The notes under the pieces were generated by a model. That model saw only the letters and a list, made by a program, of their open reading frames with translations, made no database searches and was not told the DNA's origin. From Elusimicrobiota bacterium (lineage in GTDB: Bacteria > Elusimicrobiota > Elusimicrobia > UBA1565 > JACRDR01): DNA of 64,000 nt. The translations under genes were made by a program, and so were the position numbers. Where the stretch lies: positions 1-64,000 of the forward strand of contig JBGFSC010000021.1 of NCBI GenBank assembly GCA_041694815.1, in the 5' to 3' direction. Positions 1-6,820 of this stretch are shown piece by piece (within the stretch, counting starts at the first letter, position 1; each line of letters begins with the position of its first letter).

Positions 1-127
1 TGTCACGAATTCGCGTTCTGTCAGGGAGTGCTTGCGCCTCATTCTTTTTAATTCTTTAAACGACATCCAACAGATTTCTCGTTCTTTCGGTAGGTGGTAA
101 CGATGTGCCCGACGAGTTCTATCCAAA

Positions 128-168
128 TAGGCCCTTAGGCCCCCGGCGGCATAGGCCTTTCGCACCTG
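128..168. promoter_or_regulatory. Tandem GGNCC-N3-GGNCC-type palindromic motif (site A)
   Basis: TAGGCCCTTAGGCCC at 128 and TAGGCCTTTCGCACC at 152, 24 bp apart, upstream of CDS 202. Confidence 0.55.
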
Positions 169-201
169 TAAAAAAGCCTGACGCGGGCCCACCCTTAGGG
201 C

Positions 202-1410
202 ATGAGCGCCATCAAACGCCTGGCCGCGGTACTGACCGCGGCGGCGGTCCTACCCCCCTTCGCCCTCGGGGACGATTCATTCGACAAGCTTCACGCCAAT
301 CCGCGCGAGGCGGTGGTCAATTACGAGGGAGTCAAGGTCAGCGGCCGGGCGGCCATGTACTATAAGGAAGTCCACCGCATGGCCGACGAGCTCAAGTCCC
401 GGGGGCTCGACCTTCGGGAGAGCCTCGACGTCATGGACGACAGCTACGCCGCGGTGTGGGCCAAACTCAGCGTCATCGAAGCCGTCTCCAAGAGCCGTAA
501 CGTCGACCGGCATAACACCCATCTCGAGCAGACCCTGATGTGGGTCGACGGCGTGATGCGCGATCGCGGCAGAAACGTCGCCATCCATACCCATCAGGTC
601 TTTTTCCACCACGCCAAGAACCCCCAGTCCGAGATCAACGAGGGCATCCGCCGCATGGGCAAGACAATCGAAGAGCTCGTCGAGAACCTGGGGAGCGGCG
701 GCAAGGCGGAGGAGAAGCTCGGGAGAATCGACGAGGTGATCCTGGGATTCGACACGCGCGGGCATGAGCCGATCAAACAGTACTTGAAGGGCCAGGAGCT
801 GCAGATCGCCGCAAAGCACGGAAAGCGTTTTCGTTTCGTCTACGTCGACGAGCTCGTCCGGGTCCCTTCGGATACGCAGGCGATGCGCGCCGAGCTCAAC
901 GCCCTGACGGCGCGCTACCGGGGCCAGGGCCTGCAGAAGATCATCGAGGGAGTCATCTACAGCCGCTACGTGGGGGTTCTGCTCGAACTCAAATCCATCG
1001 AATACTTCCTCCAACGGGGCTATGCCGTGCTTCAAAGCGGGCGCGAGCTCTTCGACGCCGAGGGGATGTATATCACCGAGTTGGACGCGGTGGTGCGCGG
1101 CCCCGAGGGCCGAATCGGGATCGTCGAGGCCAAGTCGGCGCGGGTACCGATCCCCCTGGAGCAGGCGTTGGCCGACAAGGTCCTCTACAAGCTCGAGACC
1201 TACGCCAAGCACCGCGCGGCTCTGGAGTCCGCCGTCGGATCCAAGCTCGACGATGTTTTCTTCACCTTCGACGTGGGCTGCGACAACGAGGCGCTGCCGC
1301 CTTTTCTCTCCAGGCGCGAATCGGAGCTTTCGAAGCAATACGCCCTAAATGTCAAGTTCCTTTTCCTGCACAGCGATCCGCAGCCCTGCGCCGAAGCCCG
1401 CCGTCGTTGA
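202..1410 (+). CDS. Exported hypothetical protein with a C-terminal PD-(D/E)XK nuclease-like motif
   Basis: 402-aa ORF; N-terminal signal peptide (MSAIKRLAAVLTAAAVLPPFALG); motif ELDAVV...GIVEAKS. Confidence 0.65.
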   Translation: MSAIKRLAAVLTAAAVLPPFALGDDSFDKLHANPREAVVNYEGVKVSGRAAMYYKEVHRMADELKSRGLDLRESLDVMDDSYAAVWAKLSVIEAVSKSRNVDRHNTHLEQTLMWVDGVMRDRGRNVAIHTHQVFFHHAKNPQSEINEGIRRMGKTIEELVENLGSGGKAEEKLGRIDEVILGFDTRGHEPIKQYLKGQELQIAAKHGKRFRFVYVDELVRVPSDTQAMRAELNALTARYRGQGLQKIIEGVIYSRYVGVLLELKSIEYFLQRGYAVLQSGRELFDAEGMYITELDAVVRGPEGRIGIVEAKSARVPIPLEQALADKVLYKLETYAKHRAALESAVGSKLDDVFFTFDVGCDNEALPPFLSRRESELSKQYALNVKFLFLHSDPQPCAEARRR

Positions 1411-1431
1411 TTATTGTATAATCCGCTCGTT

Positions 1432-1504
1432 GAGCCCGTAGCTCAGTTGGTAGAGCACCTGACTTTTAATCAGGTTGTCGTGGGTTCGAGTCCCACCGGG
1501 CTCA
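1432..1504 (+). tRNA. tRNA-Lys(UUU)
   Basis: Canonical cloverleaf; anticodon arm CCTGA-CTTTTAA-TCAGG; GTTCGAG T-loop; TATAAT at 1417-1422 upstream. Confidence 0.97.
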
Positions 1505-1526
1505 ATGTTTCTGTATCCGGTCTTCC

Positions 1527-1598
1527 GGCCCTATCGTCTATCGGCTAGGACGCGTCCCTTTCAAGGACGAAAGAGGGGTTCGACTCCCCTTAGGGCCA
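1527..1598 (+). tRNA. tRNA-Glu(UUC)
   Basis: Acceptor GGCCCTA/TAGGGCC; anticodon arm CGTCC-CTTTCAA-GGACG. Confidence 0.95.
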
Positions 1599-1616
1599 TT
1601 CTTAACCGTCTATCAG

Positions 1617-1644
1617 GGAACTAATTCTTTGCTCGTTCGTATAT
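1617..1644 (+). promoter_or_regulatory. Putative ECF-sigma promoter of atypical tRNA 1
   Basis: GGAACT(1617-1622)-N15-CGTATAT(1638-1644); same boxes and spacing at 2952-2925 on the minus strand. Confidence 0.65.
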
Positions 1645-1654
1645 TAATTAGACC

Positions 1655-1725
1655 TGCGGGGTAGTTCAACGGTAGAACGGTCGACCGTCAATCGGACAAT
1701 GTGGGTTCGACTCCCACCCCCGCAG
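1655..1725 (+). tRNA. Atypical tRNA, anticodon GUC (Asp) on a tRNA-Asn-like body
   Basis: Acceptor TGCGGGG/CCCCGCA, G73; D arm GTTC/GAAC; T arm GTGGG-TTCGACT-CCCAC; loop CCGTCAA has C33 instead of U33; weak anticodon stem. Confidence 0.8.
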
Positions 1726-1731
1726 CGTCCA

Positions 1732-1771
1732 GAAAGCCGCAATTTCCGTAACGGTCGATATTGCGGCTTTC
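1732..1771 (+). other. Trailer hairpin of atypical tRNA 1
   Basis: GAAAGCCGCAAT/ATTGCGGCTTTC 12-bp inverted repeat with a 16-nt loop partly complementary to the anticodon arm. Confidence 0.75.
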
Positions 1772-1778
1772 GGCCTTC

Positions 1779-1807
1779 TTGACCACTATAGAAGAGTCTG
1801 CTAAGCT
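1779..1807 (+). promoter_or_regulatory. Sigma70-type promoter of small RNA 1
   Basis: TTGACC-N17-TAAGCT with TG extended -10. Confidence 0.7.
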
Positions 1808-1813
1808 ATTGCT

Positions 1814-1868
1814 GACGGTCGACTTGTTGAACTACCGGGCCCCGGGCAACCGGGGCCTTCGTTTTTCT
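1814..1868 (+). ncRNA. Small RNA antisense to atypical tRNA 1
   Basis: 1813-1823 complements tRNA 1680-1690; 1826-1836 complements tRNA 1660-1670; ends in GGCCCCGG-GCAA-CCGGGGCC plus T-tract terminator. Confidence 0.75.
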
Positions 1869-1964
1869 GTGGCGAATAGCGTGCCTTACTCCGGACGCAG
1901 CGATTTCCGGCTGCGACCCAATGCCTTCAGACAGTTGTATAATGACGGGTCGCAGCGCCCAGGC

Positions 1965-2312
1965 ATGGACATCCGACTCGTTAAAACGCCCATCCCCTTT
2001 TCGGAAGTCGCGCAATTCGCCAAAAGCCAGTTCGGCGAAATGATCAAGGCGACGGTCGACGTCCAACGGGCGGTATTGGCCCTCGGGGGAGAGCTCCATT
2101 CCGACGAGGAGGCCCTATTGATCGAGGACGGCTCCAGGCAAGAGGATCTCTGGGGAATCAACATTTACCCGGAACAGTCCGGAGAGGATCGAGTCGAATT
2201 CGACTCGATGATCAACGTCAGGCCCTCGCAAAATAACCGCTCCCGCGGCGTGGAGAACGCCGAAACGAGGGCGCGCATCCTGGAAATCGTCGGCCGACTG
2301 CTCCTCTCCTGA
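1965..2312 (+). CDS. DUF5674-like hypothetical protein
   Basis: Recognised motifs KATVDV...GGELHSD.E..L...GS.QEDLWGINIYP...FDSMINVRPSQNNRSR; ATG at 1965; TATAAT about 22 nt upstream. Confidence 0.75.
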   Translation: MDIRLVKTPIPFSEVAQFAKSQFGEMIKATVDVQRAVLALGGELHSDEEALLIEDGSRQEDLWGINIYPEQSGEDRVEFDSMINVRPSQNNRSRGVENAETRARILEIVGRLLLS

Positions 2313-2635
2313 TGGCCCAGCACGCGGACTTGGCGGCGGGCCGTTGGGCGACGCTCTCCTTACTGGAGCAGATGGGAAATATCGGAAGCGAGATTAGCCG
2401 GGCCCGGCGTTGGCAGTCGAGGGACCCGAAGCTTTTCGACGGCGCGATGATACGCGCGCTCGAATTGCTGGACCTGTCCATCGGCGACCCTCGCTGGCGG
2501 CGCCGACTCAAGGAGTTGCTGCGGGCCCGGGAGCTGCTCTGCGACGCCTGGCTCGGCGGCATGGAATATCAAACGGATCTAGAAGGGCTGGACCGCTACT
2601 TCTTCCACTTCGCCGTTGCGGCCAGGAACTCCTGA
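2312..2635 (+). CDS. Small helical hypothetical protein, partner of the DUF5674-like gene
   Basis: 107 aa, TGATG-coupled; motif RW..LSLLEQMGNIGSEISRA. Confidence 0.75.
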   Translation: MAQHADLAAGRWATLSLLEQMGNIGSEISRARRWQSRDPKLFDGAMIRALELLDLSIGDPRWRRRLKELLRARELLCDAWLGGMEYQTDLEGLDRYFFHFAVAARNS

Positions 2636-2651
2636 GCTAAGGGGCGTAATC

Positions 2652-2708
2652 AAAACTAAGAAGGGCTTCGGTTTTCCCGAAGCCCTCGGTCGTCTAAGGC
2701 TGCCTCTC
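2652..2708 (-). ncRNA. Small RNA antisense to atypical tRNA 2
   Basis: TTGAGAGGCAGC (2710-2699) and TTAGACGAC (2697-2689) complement tRNA segments 2889-2878 and 2908-2900; ends in AGGGCTTCGG-GAAAA-CCGAAGCCCT plus T-rich tail. Confidence 0.75.
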
Positions 2709-2714
2709 AATGCT

Positions 2715-2742
2715 AGTTTAGCAGATCGCCCACATAAGTCAA
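2715..2742 (-). promoter_or_regulatory. Sigma70-type promoter of small RNA 2
   Basis: TTGACT-N16-TAAACT with TG extended -10; shares TCTGCTAARCT with the promoter at 1797-1807. Confidence 0.7.
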
Positions 2743-2796
2743 TATTTTTAATAGGGCGAGTGCTCTGTGCCGTGAACAGACTCGAAGATGGCAGTC

Positions 2797-2837
2797 GGAA
2801 CCGATCAATCTGCCCCCTTACAGCCATGATCGGCTCC
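2797..2837 (-). other. Trailer hairpin of atypical tRNA 2
   Basis: GGAGCCGATCA/TGATCGGTTCC 11-bp stem (one GU) with a 19-nt loop near-complementary to the anticodon arm. Confidence 0.7.
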
Positions 2838-2843
2838 ATAAGG

Positions 2844-2913
2844 CTGGGAGGCCGGGATTCGAACCCGGATAGGCTGTTTGAGAGGCAGCTGTCTTACCGT
2901 TAGACGACTCCCA
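2844..2913 (-). tRNA. Atypical tRNA, anticodon CUC (Glu) on a tRNA-Gln-like body
   Basis: TGGGAG-TC-GTCT-AACGGTA-AGAC-A-GCTGC-CTCTCAA-ACAGC-CTAT-CCGGG-TTCGAAT-CCCGG-CCTCCCA-G; 5' acceptor strand one nt short; C:A mismatch closes the anticodon stem. Confidence 0.78.
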
Positions 2914-2924
2914 GACCCACCTCG

Positions 2925-2952
2925 ATATACGAATAACTCCGCAAAAAGTTCC
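2925..2952 (-). promoter_or_regulatory. Putative ECF-sigma promoter of atypical tRNA 2
   Basis: GGAACT-N15-CGTATAT on the minus strand. Confidence 0.65.
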
Positions 2953-2976
2953 ATCCTCTCGTTGCGTCTGAGCCAA

Positions 2977-3059
2977 TAGGTCCTTAGGCCTATCTTCTGG
3001 TAGGCCCTTTCCCTTAGCTTCTTTTCCCTAAAGGCCCCTGCCCCTGGGCCCCGCGTACC
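2977..3059. promoter_or_regulatory. Tandem GGNCC-N3-GGNCC-type motif (site B)
   Basis: TAGGTCCTTAGGCCTA at 2977, TAGGCCCTTT at 3001, two weaker units about 22 bp further on; TACTAT at 3063. Confidence 0.55.
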
Positions 3060-3072
3060 GCATACTATCGAC

Positions 3073-5367
3073 ATGAAAATAAGAATCCACTTCCTGTTTA
3101 TATTCGGCTCCCTTTTATTCGGCCTTCTGCAACGCGGCGACGCCCTAGTCCCAAAGACCTGCAACGATGAATTCGCTCGCGGCGTCCGCGCGGGCGCCAA
3201 TACGCTACTTGCATTTAATGTTTCTGGAGAGGAGATATACAACGCGTTTGCCAGCGGAACTCAAATTGAATTTGACCTAGAAAGACAGTATGGCCTTCCC
3301 GAGCATATCCGTCAAAGTCTGCCCGCCGTCTTTGTGATGGCGCTGCACGATGACGAATATTACCAAGGGGTACTACGGTGCCTCGATGCGAAGGGCTATA
3401 AGACCGATAATCTCGTCGCATGGGTTAAAAAATATCGGGATTACACCACCTCGGCGGAAATCAAACAACGCTTGGAGGAGTTGAAGCACCTTCAAGCGCC
3501 AAAAATCGCCGACGTAGCCTTTGATGGTCGCCATCTGACTGCTGAGGAGGCAGCGGCCGTGGCCGCAGGCGCCGAGGGTGGTAAAACACCGAGCCTAAAC
3601 GAATTCTCAATCGACCTGACTTCCATGGCCGCCCAGGGGAAGCTCGACCCGATCGAGGGCAGAAAGAACGAAATCAAGGCATTGGTCCAGATCCTGCTCC
3701 GCCGCAGCAAGCCCAACGCCGTGTTGATCGGCGAGCCGGGAGTCGGCAAGACCGCCATCGTCGAGGGCCTCGCCCAGAAGATCGCCGCCGGCGAGATCCC
3801 GGAACTTGCCGGAAAGCGCGTGATGCAGCTCAACATCGGAGCGCTCATCGCGGGGACGAAATACCGCGGGGAATTCGAAGAACGGGTGCAGAATATCATG
3901 AAGGAACTTAAGGCCAGCCCGGACACCATCGTGTTCATCGATGAGTTCCACACCATCATGGGCGCCGGCGCCGCGGAGGGCGCCGTCGACATCTCCAACC
4001 TGCTTAAGCCAGCGATGGCCCGCGGGGAGATCCAGATCATCGGCGCGACAACCTTGGACGAATTCCGCCGCTTCGTCGAGAAGGATGGGGCCTTGGCTCG
4101 GCGCGTGGAAGGGGTGCGGGTGGACGCCCCGACGCCCGAAGATACCCTCGCGATTCTTAAGCGCCTCAAACCGAATTACGAAAAGCACCACAAGGTGAGC
4201 TACAGCGACGCCGCGCTGGAGGCCGCCGCCCGCACGGCTCCCCGCTACCTGCCGCAGCGGCAGCTGCCCGACAGCGCCATCGACCTGATGGACAAGGCGG
4301 GAAGCCTCGCGCGCACCGCTAAAAAAACCGTAGTCGAAGAGGAGGATATACTGGCCATCCTCGCGCAGATGACCGGAATTCCGGTCGACAAGCTCAGCGT
4401 CGACGAGCAGGAACGGCTGGTCCGCATGGAGGAGCACCTGCGCAAGCGGGTCAAGGGGCAGGAACACGTGATCAAGGCGGTTTCGGAAGCGGTCCGGAGG
4501 GCTTATGCGGGGCTGCGGGTCTCGCAGGGCCCCTTGGCCAGTTTCGTCTTCTTGGGACCCACCGGCGTCGGGAAAACGGAGCTCGCGAAAGCCCTGGCCG
4601 AATTCCTTTTCGGCACGGAAAAGGCGCTTATCCGCGAGGACTTGACGAATTACATGGAGCAACATTCCGTCTCAAAGCTTATCGGCTCGCCTCCCGGCTA
4701 CGTCGGCTACGAGGACGCTCCCTTTACCGAGCGGGTGCGCCAGAAGCCGTTTTCGGTCATCCTGCTCGACGAGCTCGACAAGGCGCATCCCGCGGTGCTC
4801 AACATCCTGCTCCCGGTATTAGACGACGGACATCTGACGGACAGCCATGGCAAGACCGTCGATTTCAAGAACACGATCATCATCATGACCTCCAATCATA
4901 TGAGCCAGGCCTTTTTCGCGAAGAAGACGAAATCAGTGGGCTTCCAAAAAGCCGAGCCCCCCGCGCCGCCTAAGGCGGCAAGCAAGGAAGCGATCGTGGC
5001 CGGCTTTAAGAGTTTCCTTAAACCCGAGCAGTTTAACCGCATCGACGAGGTCGTCGTGTTCAATACCTTGACGCCGGAGATACTCGAGTCCATCCTGGAC
5101 CAAATGATCTCGTCGTTCGTCGCGGAGCTGGAGAAAACGAAGAAGGTCCGCTTAGAAGTGAGCCCGCAGGCGCGGGCATTCCTTATCCAACAGGGCTACG
5201 ACCCCGAATTGGGCGCCCGACCAATGCGCCGGGCGATCCAGACCCAGCTTCTGACGCCGCTGTCGATGGAGATCCTAAAGCCCAAGCACGGCTCGCATCT
5301 TGTCGCCAAGCTCTCGGAGGACGGCGGCAGGATCGTGGTCGTCAGCACGGATGGAGGGCGTCAATGA
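3073..5367 (+). CDS. ClpA/ClpC-type double AAA+ ATPase with a signal peptide and non-canonical N-domain
   Basis: Walker A GEPGVGKT and GPTGVGKT; Walker B FIDEFH and LLDELDK; pore loops KYRG and GYVG; SVGF loop; GARPMRR; no M-domain. Confidence 0.92.
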   Translation: MKIRIHFLFIFGSLLFGLLQRGDALVPKTCNDEFARGVRAGANTLLAFNVSGEEIYNAFASGTQIEFDLERQYGLPEHIRQSLPAVFVMALHDDEYYQGVLRCLDAKGYKTDNLVAWVKKYRDYTTSAEIKQRLEELKHLQAPKIADVAFDGRHLTAEEAAAVAAGAEGGKTPSLNEFSIDLTSMAAQGKLDPIEGRKNEIKALVQILLRRSKPNAVLIGEPGVGKTAIVEGLAQKIAAGEIPELAGKRVMQLNIGALIAGTKYRGEFEERVQNIMKELKASPDTIVFIDEFHTIMGAGAAEGAVDISNLLKPAMARGEIQIIGATTLDEFRRFVEKDGALARRVEGVRVDAPTPEDTLAILKRLKPNYEKHHKVSYSDAALEAAARTAPRYLPQRQLPDSAIDLMDKAGSLARTAKKTVVEEEDILAILAQMTGIPVDKLSVDEQERLVRMEEHLRKRVKGQEHVIKAVSEAVRRAYAGLRVSQGPLASFVFLGPTGVGKTELAKALAEFLFGTEKALIREDLTNYMEQHSVSKLIGSPPGYVGYEDAPFTERVRQKPFSVILLDELDKAHPAVLNILLPVLDDGHLTDSHGKTVDFKNTIIIMTSNHMSQAFFAKKTKSVGFQKAEPPAPPKAASKEAIVAGFKSFLKPEQFNRIDEVVVFNTLTPEILESILDQMISSFVAELEKTKKVRLEVSPQARAFLIQQGYDPELGARPMRRAIQTQLLTPLSMEILKPKHGSHLVAKLSEDGGRIVVVSTDGGRQ

Positions 5368-6095
5368 GCGCGCTAAAGGCCGTGTCGCTCGCGATATTTC
5401 TGGCGTCGAGCCTCACCATGCCGGGATTCTCCCAATTCGAAGGTGATGTGATCAATATTCCACTTATACTTACGCCGGAAGAAGAATTTACCCTAGCCAT
5501 GAAGCGCTGGTTACGGGGGCGTGATATTCCCATCGTCAATCCTCCCGAAGAATTGATCGGTGTCTGGAATCTCAGCGCCCAGATATGGAGGATCCGAAGC
5601 AAGCACGAGCGTTCAGGAGACTTTCCTACGGAACGGGAAGAAGGTTCCACTCTCATCAGCCAGCACTGGGGCTGCCTGCGCTTCGTTCCCGCTCGGCACC
5701 CGGGAAACTTGACGGATCAAAATCGGTACGTTCAAGTCGGCGTCGGTTCCAACCTGGTCCCGAATCGCGACCTCGGGCGCAACGAATTTTTCAGTAACCT
5801 GACCGGAACGCGCTACGATTGCGGCGAGCATCTTAGCTTCGCCACGAACTTTGTCCCGAACAGCATCGATGACGCCTGGAGGAACCTTTTTATTTTCTCG
5901 GTGCCCGGTGACGAGATGAGGTTCGGCTGCCGCTTCCTCTCGGAATCCCAAGAGCGCATCGGCTGCCTCGTCAATTATCGCAACGGCACGCACGGGATCG
6001 TCGAATACGTGCGCGAGCAGCCCGGCGAAAAGGCCGCGCGTCGCGGCAGAAGCAGCAACTTCCTGCGGGTCCACCCCGACTGGCAGCCCGAATAA
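5364..6095 (+). CDS. Exported hypothetical protein
   Basis: 243 aa, ATGA overlap with the clp gene, N-terminal signal peptide. Confidence 0.65.
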   Translation: MSALKAVSLAIFLASSLTMPGFSQFEGDVINIPLILTPEEEFTLAMKRWLRGRDIPIVNPPEELIGVWNLSAQIWRIRSKHERSGDFPTEREEGSTLISQHWGCLRFVPARHPGNLTDQNRYVQVGVGSNLVPNRDLGRNEFFSNLTGTRYDCGEHLSFATNFVPNSIDDAWRNLFIFSVPGDEMRFGCRFLSESQERIGCLVNYRNGTHGIVEYVREQPGEKAARRGRSSNFLRVHPDWQPE

Positions 6096-6109
6096 ACTAT
6101 AATGGCGGC

Positions 6110-6820
6110 ATGCCGCCATTGCGCGTCATCATTTGCGGGGCCCTGGGCCGCATGGGCGGCCGGGTCGCGGCCTTGGCCCAGGAAGACTCCCGTTTCGCCG
6201 TGGTCGCCGGGGTCGTCTCTTATCTTCCCGCCAACCCTCGCGCCCTTTTTCCCCTTTTGACGGAGAAAGAATTGCCCGCGCAGCTTCCCGGCGCGGATAT
6301 GCTCATCGATTTCACCTCCCCCGCGGCCAGCGCGCGCTTCGCGCGCCTGGCGGCCAAGGCGAAGACCCCCATCGTCATCGGCACGACGGGCTTAAGTTCC
6401 GCCCAGCTTTCCCTCCTTCGCCAGGCCTCCCGCAAAACCGCCGTATTCCTCTCTCCCAATTTCAGCCCCGGGATGAATGTGGTTTTCCAACTCGCGCGCA
6501 TCGCCGGAGCGGCCCTGCCGGCCTGGGACGCCTCGCTCCATGAGATCCATCACTCCGCCAAAAAGGACGCTCCCAGCGGCACCGCGCTCCGCCTGGCCGA
6601 GTCCGCGCGTCCCAAAGGGAAGGCTCCCATCGTCAGCGAGCGCGCAGGCGACATCGTGGGCGATCATACCCTGACCCTCGCCGGCCCATTCGAGCGACTC
6701 GAGCTCGTCCACCGGGCCCAGTCCCGCGACGTGTTCGCCCAGGGGGCCCTGTCGGCGGCCCTATGGCTGCGCGGGCGCCGCCCGGGCCTTTACGGCATGC
6801 AGGACATGCTCCGGTTATGA
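6110..6820 (+). CDS. dapB: 4-hydroxy-tetrahydrodipicolinate reductase
   Basis: GALGRMG, IDFT, VIGTTG, EIHHSAKKDAPSGTA motifs. Confidence 0.96.
   Translation: MPPLRVIICGALGRMGGRVAALAQEDSRFAVVAGVVSYLPANPRALFPLLTEKELPAQLPGADMLIDFTSPAASARFARLAAKAKTPIVIGTTGLSSAQLSLLRQASRKTAVFLSPNFSPGMNVVFQLARIAGAALPAWDASLHEIHHSAKKDAPSGTALRLAESARPKGKAPIVSERAGDIVGDHTLTLAGPFERLELVHRAQSRDVFAQGALSAALWLRGRRPGLYGMQDMLRL

Noticed and set aside
1..42. Possible minus-strand gene start MRRKHSLTEREFVT
   Set aside because: Only 14 codons are inside the window; cannot be supported.
1761..1964. N-terminal extension of ORF 1761-2312
   Set aside because: It runs through a promoter, the small RNA and a terminator; family similarity starts at ATG 1965.
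2579..2903. Short ORFs 2579-2839 (-) and 2616-2903 (+)
   Set aside because: The region is better explained by the tRNA, hairpin, promoter and sRNA elements.
1655..2913. Reading the antisense blocks as integration (att) scars
   Set aside because: att duplications are direct repeats, usually of tRNA 3' ends. These are inverted, split 5'-half matches placed between a promoter and a terminator in both units, and no integrase is nearby.
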